From positions 986,509 to 1,050,508 of the forward strand of contig CAVYCV010000003.1 of the NCBI GenBank assembly GCA_963767165.1: a stretch of 64,000 nucleotides of DNA. Direction: 5' to 3'. Every line of letters starts with the position of its first letter. The first letter of the stretch is position 1. The notes beneath the pieces were generated by a model. That model was not told the DNA's origin, searched no databases, and was given only the letters and a program-made list of their open reading frames with translations. This document shows positions 55,167 to 64,000 of the stretch, piece after piece. Source of the stretch: an uncultured Chloroflexia bacterium. GTDB taxonomy: Bacteria; Chloroflexota; Limnocylindria; Limnocylindrales; CSP1-4. A program made the translations under genes and the position numbers.

Positions 55167-55724
55167 ATGTCATCGGGACCGTCGAACTCTTCTACGCGAT
55201 GCTCGCCGATCGCGGCGAATATCTTCGTGATCGGCCTGCTGGGGTTGGCCCTGGCCAGCCGCGGCTCGCCGTCCGCGCAGGGCTGGCTGGCCGCCGCCCG
55301 GTCCGGCCTTGGCTCGAGCGCATTGGCTGGTGCATTCGTCGTGGCCGTGCTGGCGACCGCCGGCAGTCTCTACTTCTCGGAGATCGCCCATTTCGAGCCG
55401 TGCAAGTTGTGCTGGTACCAGCGCATCGCGATGTACCCGCTCGTCGTGATTCTGGGCATCGCGGCGTGGCGCAGCGACCCGGGCGTCCGGCGCTACGCCG
55501 CGCCGATCGCGGTGATCGGCGCCGTCATCTCCACATACCACTACCTGCTCGAGTGGTTCCCGGCACTCGACTCCGGCGTCTGCTCAGCGACCACGCCATG
55601 CTCGGTCGTCTGGTTCCGTCAGCTCGGGTTCGTGAGCCTGCCGTACCTCGCGCTCTCGGCCTTCCTGCTCATCCTGTCGCTGCTCTGGCTCGCCAGAGTC
55701 CCGGACCCTGATCGAGGACCCTGA
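55167..55724 (+). CDS. DsbB-family (BdbC-like) disulfide bond formation protein B
   Basis: 'SLYFSEIAHFEPCKLCWYQRIAMYP' (CxxC in first periplasmic loop), a second Cys pair 'CSATTPC', and four TM helices. Confidence 0.7.
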   Translation: MSSGPSNSSTRCSPIAANIFVIGLLGLALASRGSPSAQGWLAAARSGLGSSALAGAFVVAVLATAGSLYFSEIAHFEPCKLCWYQRIAMYPLVVILGIAAWRSDPGVRRYAAPIAVIGAVISTYHYLLEWFPALDSGVCSATTPCSVVWFRQLGFVSLPYLALSAFLLILSLLWLARVPDPDRGP

Positions 55725-56392
55725 TGACCAAGACCAAGCCATCGCGCCGATCCGCGCCGCCGCCGCGCAAGGGTGCGTCGCCCTCGACGCTCATCCTCGG
55801 ACTGGCGGGGCTCGTCATCGCCGGAGCCGCCGTGGCGGCCATCGTGCTGACCCAGTCCGGGACCGCGGCCGTCGCGAGCGCGTCCCCGAGCGGGGTCGCG
55901 CCTTCGACGGCGGTGACCGGAAAGGCATTGCCGGCCTTCGATCCCGGCGTCGTCGATCGCGGCCGTCGGCCAGCCGGCGCCGCAGGTCGATGGTGCGTCG
56001 TTCGACGGCACGCCGGTCAGCATCAAGGCCGACGGCCGGCCGAAGCTCGTCCTGTTCATCGCCCACTGGTGCCCGCACTGCCAGCGCGAGGTGCCGGTCG
56101 TGCAGAGCTGGCTCGACGCCGGTGGGTTGCCCGACGGCGTGGACCTCATCTCGGTCGCTCCGCGAACGACCCGACGCTGCCGAACTATCCGCCGGACGCG
56201 TGGCTGGCGCGCGAACGCTGGTCATCGCCGGTCATCGTCGATGGCGATCGAGCGATCGGGACCGACTACGGCCTGACCGCCTTCCCGTACTGGGTCGCGG
56301 TGGGTGCCGACGGGAACGTGGTCGGTCGCCTGAGCGGTGAGCTGACCGCCGCCCAGCTCGACGCGCTGGTGGCCTCGATCAGCGGGAGCTGA
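55724..56392 (+). pseudogene. TlpA/ResA-like thioredoxin-fold thiol:disulfide oxidoreductase, two frameshifts
   Basis: The signal/TM anchor and 'KALPAFD' are in frame 55724... The redox motif 'FIAHWCPHCQREVPVVQSWL' is in frame 56091... The C-terminus 'GLTAFPYWVAVGADGNVVGRLSGELTAAQL' is back in frame 55724... The start overlaps the DsbB stop. Confidence 0.65.
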
Positions 56393-56401
56393 CCCTGGAG
56401 C

Positions 56402-57486
56402 CTAGTCCGACGCGTGGTGTCGGAGCTTGACCTCGAGCATGGCCGCGTCGGCTCGCTCGGTCAGCTGATCGGCCGTGTCCCCGGCCGCCAGTGCGGCGAA
56501 CCCGACGCTGATGCCGATCTCGGCCTCGGCCTCGAGCGTGAGAGCGATCGCCTCGAACCGGCGTTCGGCCTCCGCGAGGTCGGTCCCCGTGAGCCCGCAC
56601 ACGAACTCGTCGCCGCCGTAGCGAACGATCGGGTCGAATGAGCGCAGCCGTCCGCGGATCGCGCGGACGACGGACTGCAGGATGCGATCGCCCGCCGCGT
56701 GGCCGTCGCGATCGTTGACGAGCTTGAGCCGATCCACATCCACGAACGCGAGCACGAACCGCCCGTCCGAGCGGCGTGCCCGATCGATCTCGTGCGAGAG
56801 CGCCATGCGGCCCATCTCGCGGCGATAGGCGCCGGTCAGCTGGTCGAGGTGCGCCGAGCGCAATTCCGATTCGAGACGCGCGCGCTCGCGGGCCGCATCG
56901 GCACGCTCGAGCCTGGCTCGCTCGCGATCGCGGCGGCCCGCGCGCGATCGACGGCGGCCCTGGCGGCGAGCTCCTCGAGCTGGTGCAGGAGATCGGCCTC
57001 GGCGCCGTTCATCGACTCGGTCATGTGGGCCGCGCGCGCCTCGCGGTCGTTGGTCGCATGGTCCCGGGCCGTCGCTGTCCGATCCCGCTTGGCCGACGTC
57101 AGGTCGCGGTCGTGCGCGGTCCCGGCCCGCTTGAGGCGATCCACGATCCGCTCGAACGAGCCGCTCGCCCGCTGCTCGCGCGAGGTGTCGTACGCCCGCT
57201 CCTCGGCGGGCGTCAGGTTCGACCGGCCGGCCCGATCGAGGTCCGCGGCCGCCTGGTCCTTGTCCGACGCGCGCTGATCGCGCTCGGAGGTCGTCTGGTC
57301 GGTGCCTGACGACGTCTGATCGGCGTCGGAGGCCGTCTGGTCGGCGTCGGAGGCCGACTGGTCCGCATCGGCCGCCGCCTGGTCGGACTCGACGGCCCGG
57401 CGAGCCTCGAGCACGGTCTCGCGGACCTCGAAGACAGGGTCGCCGACCGACTCGGGGCCATGGATCTCGATATCGGGGTTCTTCAT
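56402..57486 (-). CDS. GGDEF domain diguanylate cyclase with N-terminal coiled-coil / heptad-repeat region, one frameshift near 56945
   Basis: The GGDEF domain (frame 56402..56863) has the 'RYGGDEF' active site. The N-terminal part (frame 56836..57750, starting 'MKNPDIEIHG') contains the 'DADQSASDADQTASDADQTSSGTDQTT' repeats. Confidence 0.65.
57295..57399. repeat. five imperfect 21-bp tandem repeats (consensus CTGGTCGGCGTCGGAGGCCGT on + strand) encoding heptad 'SDADQTA' repeats in the GGDEF protein
   Basis: Direct reading of 57295-57399. Confidence 0.7.
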
Positions 57487-57747
57487 GTGTCGCCTCGGGC
57501 CGGCGCTGCGCGTGCCCGGCTGTGCGCGGATCCGCGCGCGCACCGACACAAACCTACCGCCGGGTCGGGGACCTTCGCAATCGATGAAAACCCTGCATAT
57601 CCGGTCCGCACCATGCGTGCGGCGCGGCGGTCGCGGGATCGGTCGCGGGCCGATCCGACCGGGCCTGGGAGTCGAAAGGGTCCTTGTCCGGAGTGGCGGT
57701 AGACTGCCCCCACGCCCGCCACCCATCGGCGCATCCGTGGCAGGAGA

Positions 57748-58604
57748 CATGGCTGAGGAGATCCCGGCTCGAGGACCAGGCTCGCCGCCGTCAGGCCGTC
57801 TGCGGACGCGTCTCGGACGTTCGGTGCCGTTCGTCTCGGGTGCCGCGGTCGCGCTGGTGGCCGTGTTCCTCTACGGCGTCCTCGTTCCCGGGTACGCCGC
57901 CATTGACCCAGCGTGACGTCAACGACACCATCGCGAGCGCCCTGGCGTCCGTCACGCCTCCGCCGGCGTTCTCGGAGCTGGTCTACCAGGCCGTGCAGCC
58001 ATCGCTGGTGCTGATCCAGACGAACCAGCCCCACGGGCAGGCAGCACAGGACGCGACACCGGAGGAGGACGGCGGCCTCGGCAGCGGCGTCGTCGTCAGC
58101 CTCGACGGCGACATCCTGACCAGCCTCCACGTGATCGCCGACGCGACCGAGATCAAGCTGACGTTCGCCGACGGCACCACGTCGGGTGCCGACGTCGTGG
58201 CCCGCCAGCCCGAGCACGACATCGCTGTGCTGCGGGCGACCCGGCCCCCGGCCAACCTCGTGCCGGCGGTCCTGGGCAATCCCGGCGCCGTCCGGCAGGG
58301 GAGCGAGGCCTACGCGATGGGCAGTCCCTTCGGGCTCTACGGCTCGATGAGCGCCGGCGTCATCTCCGGGCTCGACCGATCGTTCCAGATGCCTGACAGC
58401 GACCGGGTGCTCACGGGGCTCTTCCAGATCGACGCCGCCGTCAATCCAGGGAACTCCGGCGGCGCGCTGACCGACCGCGACGGGCATGTGATCGGGATCG
58501 TCACGGCCCTCATCAACCCCACCGAGGACGACGTCTTCATCGGCATCGGCCTCGCGGTCCCGATCGATGTCGCCGGCGGCGCCGCCGGCCTGCCCCCGTA
58601 CTAG
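57748..58604 (+). CDS. trypsin-like serine protease (S1C/HtrA-like, no PDZ recognised), one frameshift near 57900
   Basis: The N-terminal TM anchor ('VALVAVFLYGVLVPGYA') is in frame 57485... The protease domain (frame 57684..58604) has the 'GNSGGAL' serine motif and the His region 'LTSLHVIADA'. SD CAGGAGAC lies before the ATG at 57748. Confidence 0.7.
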
Positions 58605-58617
58605 AGGAGAGTCGCGA

Positions 58618-59628
58618 GTGGAACAGCCAGACGTCGCCGACCGCGCCGCTCCGATGGAGCGACTCCTGTACGAGGTCAAGAAGGTCATCGTCGGCCAGGA
58701 CCACCTCCTCGAGCGATTGATCGTCGCGCTCCTGGCGCGTGGCCACATCCTCGTCGAAGGCGTGCCGGGCCTGGCCAAGACCATGGCCATCAAGACCCTG
58801 GCCGAGGCGATCGGCGGGGAGTTCAAGCGGATCCAGTTCACGCCGGACCTCGTCCCCGCGGACTTGATCGGCACCCGCATCTACAACCAGAAGAGCGGCG
58901 AGTTCGGGACATCGCTCGGCCCGGTCTTCACCAACCTGCTGCTCGCGGACGAGATCAACCGCGCCCCGGCCAAGGTCCAGAGCGCCCTGCTCGAGGTCAT
59001 GCAGGAACGCCAGGTGACGATCGCGCGCGAGACCTACAAGGTCCCCAACCCGTTCCTCGTGCTCGCCACCCAGAACCCGATCGAGACCGAGGGGACCTAC
59101 GCTTTGCCCGAGGCGCAGATCGACCGGTTCATGATGAAGGTCCTCGTCGGCTACCCGAGCCCGTCGGAGGAGTTCGTGATCGTCGAGCGGATGACCGGCC
59201 TGCTGCCGGTCGTCGGGCAGGTGCTCACGACCGACGGGCTGCTCGCGATGCAGCAGGGCGCGGACCGGGTCTATGCCGATCCGGCGCTGTTCGAATACGC
59301 CGTGCGTCTGGCGACCGCGACCCGCGCCCCCGAGGCCCACGGCCTGGCGGAGCTGAAGCGCTACATCACCTACGGCGCCAGCCCGCGCGCCTCGATCAAC
59401 CTGATCCTCACCGCGCGGGCGCTCGCGTTCGTCCGCGGGCGCGACTACGTCCTGCCCGAGGACGTGACCGACATGGCGCTCGACGTCCTGCGCCATCGCA
59501 TCGTGCTCTCGTTCGAGGCCCTCTCGGACGATGTCACCAGCGACGCCATCCTCAAGACCCTTCTCGACCGGATCCCCGTCCCGGTCGTGCCACTGCGAGA
59601 GCATGGCAACGTCCACGTCAGCGCCTGA
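58618..59628 (+). CDS. MoxR family AAA+ ATPase
   Basis: Walker A 'GVPGLAKT' and Walker B 'LLADEINRA'. The MoxR-specific 'VLATQNPIE' is present. GTG start is preceded by AGGAGA. Confidence 0.85.
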   Translation: MEQPDVADRAAPMERLLYEVKKVIVGQDHLLERLIVALLARGHILVEGVPGLAKTMAIKTLAEAIGGEFKRIQFTPDLVPADLIGTRIYNQKSGEFGTSLGPVFTNLLLADEINRAPAKVQSALLEVMQERQVTIARETYKVPNPFLVLATQNPIETEGTYALPEAQIDRFMMKVLVGYPSPSEEFVIVERMTGLLPVVGQVLTTDGLLAMQQGADRVYADPALFEYAVRLATATRAPEAHGLAELKRYITYGASPRASINLILTARALAFVRGRDYVLPEDVTDMALDVLRHRIVLSFEALSDDVTSDAILKTLLDRIPVPVVPLREHGNVHVSA

Positions 59629-60502
59629 GCGCATCCTCCAGCGCCTCGACTGGCAGGTCATCCGCCGGCTCGATGGCCTGCTTCAGGGCGACTATCGGAG
59701 CCTCTTCCACGGCCAGGGCGTGGACTTCGCCGACCTGCGCGAGTACCAGTACGGCGACGACGTGCGCTACATCGACTGGAGCGTCACCGCGCGGATGGAC
59801 ACGCCGTACGTCCGCGAGTACGTGGAGGACCGCGAGATCACCGCGTGGTTCCTGCTCGACCTGAGCCCCTCGGTCGACTTCGGGACCGCGGAGTCCGAGC
59901 GCCTGAAGCGTGGCGTCCTGGTCGACTTCGTCACGACGCTCGCGCGCCTGCTCACCCGGCACGGCAACCGCGTCGGGGCCGTGTTCTATGGCGGCGAGGT
60001 CGGCCGGACGATCCCGGCGCGCGGTGGGCGGATCCAGGTCCTGCGACTCCTCAACGACCTGCTCGGCCAACCCCGCCTGGCGACGGCGCCGTTCACCGAC
60101 CTGACGCCCCTGCTGGAGGCGGCACAGCACTCGATGAAGGGCCGCTCGCTCGTGTTCGTCATCTCGGACTTCATCAGTGCGCCCGGTTGGGAGAAGCCCC
60201 TGAACCTGCTGACGCAGCGACATGAGGTCATGGCGGTCCGCCTCTTCGACCGGCGCGAGGTCGAGCTCCCGGACGTGGGCCCGCTCATCATGGAGGACTC
60301 GGAGACCGGCGAACAGCTCTACGTCGACACGCACGACAAGGGCTTCCGACGCAGGTTCCGGGAGGCCGCAGACCGGCGGGAGGCCGACCTGACCGAGGCC
60401 TTCCGGCGCTCCGGGGTCGACGCCGTGTCGCTCTCCACCGACGACGATCTCGTCACGGCCATCGTCCGCATGGCGAAGCTCCGCCAGAAGCGTCGGAACT
60501 GA
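59606..60502 (+). CDS. DUF58 domain protein
   Basis: 'GDYRSLFHGQGVDFADLREYQYGDDVRYIDW' is the DUF58 signature. It overlaps the MoxR 3' end. Confidence 0.8.
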   Translation, partial: ATSTSAPERILQRLDWQVIRRLDGLLQGDYRSLFHGQGVDFADLREYQYGDDVRYIDWSVTARMDTPYVREYVEDREITAWFLLDLSPSVDFGTAESERLKRGVLVDFVTTLARLLTRHGNRVGAVFYGGEVGRTIPARGGRIQVLRLLNDLLGQPRLATAPFTDLTPLLEAAQHSMKGRSLVFVISDFISAPGWEKPLNLLTQRHEVMAVRLFDRREVELPDVGPLIMEDSETGEQLYVDTHDKGFRRRFREAADRREADLTEAFRRSGVDAVSLSTDDDLVTAIVRMAKLRQKRRN

Positions 60503-60505
60503 CGC

Positions 60506-61522
60506 GTGACGTTCATCTGGCCGGCGATGCTGCTGCTCATCCTCACGATCCCCCTCGGGGCAGCCGGCTATCTCGCGCTCGAGCGCCGGCGCCGGCGCCG
60601 GGTGGCGGCCTACGGGATCACGGCCGGTCCCGGGTCGGCCGGCGTCCCGAAGCGGCAGGCTGGTCTGCGGCGCCGGATCGCGTCCGCGTTCATCCTCGTG
60701 GGCCTGGCCATGCTCGTGGTCGCGATGGCCCGTCCCCAGAGCGTCGTCAGCGTGCCGCGGGTCGAGGGCACCGTGATCCTCGCGTTCGACGTGTCCGGCA
60801 GCATGGCCGCCGACGACCTCGAGCCGACCCGGATGGAGGCGGCCAAGGCCGCGGCTCGCGCGTTCGTCGAGCGCCAGCCGACATCGATCCTGATCGGGGT
60901 GGTCGCATTCAGCGACAGCGGCTTCTCGATCCAGGTGCCGACCAGCGATCCGACCCCGGTGCTCGCCGCGATCGACCGGCTCGCGCCGGAGCGTGGCACG
61001 TCCCTCGGCCGCGGCATCCTGACCTCGCTCACGACCATCGCCGCCGCCGAGGCCGATCCGGCGGAGGGCTACTACACCAACCGCTCGCCCGACCCGACGC
61101 CCGACCCGACACCCGTGCCGGCCGGGACTCACGCCCCGGCCGCGATCGTGCTGCTGACCGACGGCGAGAACAACCAGTCCCCGGATCCGCTGGAGGCGGC
61201 CGGCGTCGCAGCCGATCGTGGCGTGCGGATCTTCACCGTCGGCATCGGCAGCGCCGCGGGGGCGACGCTCGAGGTCGAGGGCTTCATGGTCCACAGCCAG
61301 CTCGACGAGCCCTTGCTCCGGCAGATCTCGGATTCGACCGGTGGCGCCTACTACGCCGCCACCGACCCCGACGAGCTCGCCGCGATCTACGCGGGCATCG
61401 ATACCCGTCTCACCGTCAAGCCGGAGGCGATGGAGGTCACCTCGCTGTTCGCGGGCGCCGGGGCGTTGATCCTGCTGATCGGTGCCGTCGCCTCGCTGAC
61501 CTGGCTGGGCCGGCTGCCATGA
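60506..61522 (+). CDS. VWA domain-containing membrane protein (BatA-like)
   Basis: Two N-terminal TM helices. The VWA MIDAS motif 'ILAFDVSGSM' and 'LLTDGENN' are present, with a C-terminal TM helix. Confidence 0.8.
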   Translation: MTFIWPAMLLLILTIPLGAAGYLALERRRRRRVAAYGITAGPGSAGVPKRQAGLRRRIASAFILVGLAMLVVAMARPQSVVSVPRVEGTVILAFDVSGSMAADDLEPTRMEAAKAAARAFVERQPTSILIGVVAFSDSGFSIQVPTSDPTPVLAAIDRLAPERGTSLGRGILTSLTTIAAAEADPAEGYYTNRSPDPTPDPTPVPAGTHAPAAIVLLTDGENNQSPDPLEAAGVAADRGVRIFTVGIGSAAGATLEVEGFMVHSQLDEPLLRQISDSTGGAYYAATDPDELAAIYAGIDTRLTVKPEAMEVTSLFAGAGALILLIGAVASLTWLGRLP

Positions 61523-62586
61523 GCTGGCTGTCGCCGGGGTTCCTCCTCCTGCTCGGCATCCTGCCGGTCCTCGTCGCGATCCGCATCTGGGCGCTGCGCC
61601 GCCGGAAGTCGGGGCTGCGCTACTCGAGCCTGTCGCTCGTGCGCGAGGCGCAGCCACGGTCGTCGCGCATCCGCCGCCATCTGCCCTTCGCCCTGTTCGT
61701 CCTGGCCATCGGCAGCCTCGTGGTGGCGATGGCGCGGCCGGTCGACATCGTCAGCCTCCCGGCCGGCCAGACGACGGTCATCCTAGCGTTGGACGTGTCC
61801 CGGAGCATGTGCGCGACCGACATCCCACCCAACCGACTCATCGCGGCGGAGGCCGCGGCGTCGTCGTTCGTCCAGCGCCAGGGATCGAGCACCCAGATCG
61901 GGGTGGTGGCGTTCGCCGGCTTCGCCGAGATCGTCCAGACGCCGACCACCGACCAGGAAGTGCTGCTCGACGTCATCGAGAGCCTGACGACGGGACGGCG
62001 GACCGCGGTCGGCAGCGCGATCCTCACGTCGCTCGACGCGATCGCCGAGATCGACCCCAACGTCGCGCCGAGCCTGTCCGAGGACGACCCGCCCGACTCC
62101 GCGCCGGAGCCGGTGCCGAACGGCGCGTATGCCCCCGCGATCATCGTCCTGCTGACCGACGGCGCAAGCAATGCCGGGCCCGAGCCGGTCGAAGCCGCCG
62201 GCCAGGCGGCGGCCCGGGGCGTCCGGGTCTACACGATCGGGTTCGGGACCGCCAACCCGGCTGCCGGCAGCGCCCTGTGCGGGCAGCAGTTCATCGGCCG
62301 CGAGCCCGTGGGCAACCCGAACGGGTTCGGTGGGGGCGGCGGTGGTGGCGCCGGATTCCGCCGCGCGATCGACGAGGCGACGCTCACCGCCGTCGCCGAC
62401 GCGACCGGCGGTACCTACTACCCGGCCGAGAGTGCCGACGAGTTGCACACGGTCTTCCAGAACCTCCCCACGAACCTGATCATGCGCCACGAGGTGATGG
62501 AGATCAGCGTCGCGTTCGCGGCCCTCGGGGCGCTGCTCGTCGCGCTGGCGATCCTGCTCGGTCAGGCCTGGCGGCCGCTGCCGTAG
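61519..62586 (+). CDS. VWA domain-containing membrane protein (BatB-like)
   Basis: 'ILALDVSRSM' (MIDAS) and 'LLTDGASN', with a Gly-rich 'GGGGGGAG' loop. The start overlaps the previous stop (ATGA). Confidence 0.8.
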   Translation: MSWLSPGFLLLLGILPVLVAIRIWALRRRKSGLRYSSLSLVREAQPRSSRIRRHLPFALFVLAIGSLVVAMARPVDIVSLPAGQTTVILALDVSRSMCATDIPPNRLIAAEAAASSFVQRQGSSTQIGVVAFAGFAEIVQTPTTDQEVLLDVIESLTTGRRTAVGSAILTSLDAIAEIDPNVAPSLSEDDPPDSAPEPVPNGAYAPAIIVLLTDGASNAGPEPVEAAGQAAARGVRVYTIGFGTANPAAGSALCGQQFIGREPVGNPNGFGGGGGGGAGFRRAIDEATLTAVADATGGTYYPAESADELHTVFQNLPTNLIMRHEVMEISVAFAALGALLVALAILLGQAWRPLP

Positions 62587-62606
62587 TTCGCGCCCTCAGC
62601 GGGCGG

Positions 62607-64000
62607 TCACCTGAAGTAGCCGGTCACGTCGAACACCAGGTGGGTCGTGGCCCCGGCCTTGGCCTTGTACACGGCGTTGAGCGTGCCGCCGCTGCCCAGG
62701 GCCACGGTCACCCCGTTGGCCCGCGTGTCGCCGGCCGGGAAGTTGATGGTCGAGGTCGAGCCGCCGGCGGCCGGGGCCAGGACGACGTAGCCGCCCCTGG
62801 TCTGGCGGGTGACGGTCAGGTTGCCGGTGACCGCGACCGCGTTGGCCGGGATCGGCGTGCCGTCGGCGACGACGAAGCTCCGGGCCGTGTTGGCGTGGAA
62901 CACGCCACTCAGGCCCAGGTTCGAGCGGGTGTCGAGGCTGCGCTCGGGGGTGAGCGGGAAGAAGGACGCTCCGGTGGGCCCGTCGAGGTAGTAGCCGGTC
63001 ACGTCGAACACCAGGTGGGTCGTGGCCCCGGCCTTGGCCTTGTACACGGCGTTGAGCGTGCCGCCGCTGCCCAGGGCCACGGTCACCCCGTTGGCCCGCG
63101 TGTCGCCGGCCGGGAAGTTGATGGTCGAGGTCGAGCCGCCGGCGGCCGGGGCCAGGACGACGTAGCCGCCCCTGGTCTGGCGGGTGACGGTCAGGTTGCC
63201 GGTGACCGCGACCGCGTTGGCCGGGATCGGCGTGCCGTCGGCGACGACGAAGCTCCGGGCCGTGTTGGCGTGGAACACGCCGTTGAGCCCGATGTTGCTC
63301 CGGCTGTCGAGCACCCGGACCGGGCTGATGGCATGGAACCGCGAGCCACTGCTGCTGGTGGTGTAGTAGCCGGTCACGTCGAACACCAGGTGGGTCGTGG
63401 CCCCGGCCTTGGCCTTGTACACGGCGTTGAGCGTGCCGCCGCTGCCCAGGGCCACGGTCACCCCGTTGGCCCGCGTGTCGCCGGCCGGGAAGTTGATGGT
63501 CGAGGTCGAGCCGCCGGCGGCCGGGGCCAGGACGACGTAGCCGCCCCTGGTCTGGCGGGTGACGGTCAGGTTGCCGGTGACCGCGACCGCGTTGGCCGGG
63601 ATCGGCGTGCCGTCGGCGACGACGAAGCTCCGGGCCGTGTTGGCGTGGAACACGCCGTTGAGCCCGATGTTGCTCCGGCTGTCGAGCACCCGGACCGGGC
63701 TGATGGCATGGAACCGCGAGCCGGGCGGAGGCGAGACGTGGATGTAGTCGGTCCTCGTCATCGTGTTGCTGCCGGCCGCATTGGTCGCCGTCAGCTTCAC
63801 GGTGTACGTGCCGGGGTTGTACGTGTGGCTCGGCGTCGCCTCGGTCGAGGTGCCGCCATCGCCGAAGTCCCACGAGTACGTCAAGGGGCCGGTCCCGGTC
63901 GATGTGTTGGTGAACGTGACCGCCAATGGCGACGTTCCCGAGGTCGGCGACCCGGCGAAGTTCGCATCCGGTGGCGTCGGAGCCGTCACCTTGATGTAGT
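62607..64000 (-). CDS. secreted PKD-domain protein with three near-identical ~125-aa tandem repeat modules; 5' end (N-terminus) lies beyond the window
   Basis: PKD signature 'LTYSWDFGDGGTSTEATPSHTYNPGTYTVKLTATNAAGS' near 63850-63989, followed by 3x repeats 'RFHAISPVRVLDSRSN...THLVFDVTGYY'. The stop is at 62607. Confidence 0.7.
   Translation of the reverse strand, partial: YIKVTAPTPPDANFAGSPTSGTSPLAVTFTNTSTGTGPLTYSWDFGDGGTSTEATPSHTYNPGTYTVKLTATNAAGSNTMTRTDYIHVSPPPGSRFHAISPVRVLDSRSNIGLNGVFHANTARSFVVADGTPIPANAVAVTGNLTVTRQTRGGYVVLAPAAGGSTSTINFPAGDTRANGVTVALGSGGTLNAVYKAKAGATTHLVFDVTGYYTTSSSGSRFHAISPVRVLDSRSNIGLNGVFHANTARSFVVADGTPIPANAVAVTGNLTVTRQTRGGYVVLAPAAGGSTSTINFPAGDTRANGVTVALGSGGTLNAVYKAKAGATTHLVFDVTGYYLDGPTGASFFPLTPERSLDTRSNLGLSGVFHANTARSFVVADGTPIPANAVAVTGNLTVTRQTRGGYVVLAPAAGGSTSTINFPAGDTRANGVTVALGSGGTLNAVYKAKAGATTHLVFDVTGYFR
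62620..63744. repeat. three direct tandem copies of a 375-bp unit (about 285 bp identical core plus about 90 bp variable linker) inside the PKD-protein gene
   Basis: Unit starts at 62620, 62995 and 63370, each beginning CCGGTCACGTCGAACACCAGGTGGGTCGTGGCCCC. Identical short ORFs at 62809, 63184 and 63559 in the ORF track confirm the 375-bp period. Confidence 0.9.

Overview
This is a high-GC (about 70-72%) chromosomal segment whose gene families point to Actinomycetota (mycothiol/DinB-type domain, SCO1664+DUF3090 pair, ArsR-AHSA1 pairs, UvrA2/DrrC-like ATPase). It is densely packed with about 65 protein-coding genes on both strands.

Content, in order along the window:
- PQQ-dependent sugar dehydrogenases flanking a MarR regulator.
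- An arginine-related pair (DDAH-like amidinotransferase + M20 ArgE-like deacylase).
- An HTH-Clp_N protein, an MFS transporter and a ~3.6 kb TM0106 RecB-like nuclease / SF1 helicase fusion.
- A UvrA2-like ATPase flanked by VOC (glyoxalase/bleomycin-resistance fold) proteins and an AraC regulator.
- A NEW3-repeat surface protein with an ABC-2 exporter.
- The SCO1664/DUF3090 pair.
- A Moco oxidoreductase, a class A PBP, and a galactose/galactonate catabolic cluster (GalK, enolase-superfamily dehydratase, lactonase, KdgK, Eda) interrupted by kynureninase.
- Two ArsR-AHSA1 operons, MsrA, M14 and S8 secreted peptidases.
- A TPR-XRE regulator next to a 41-codon signal-peptide mini-ORF.
- A TPP enzyme, PhzF, DsbB/TlpA, a GGDEF protein, an HtrA-like protease and a MoxR-DUF58-VWA-VWA operon.
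- A PKD-domain protein carrying three near-identical 375-bp tandem repeats, running off the 3' edge.

No rRNA, tRNA, CRISPR array, IS element or integrase was recognised.

At least 15 otherwise well-conserved genes are interrupted by one to four ±1 frameshifts, roughly one every 2.5 kb, while other long genes are intact. This is more consistent with indel errors in the assembly than with biology. It means the exact CDS boundaries of the affected genes are uncertain; start coordinates are approximate (±1 codon) where stated.
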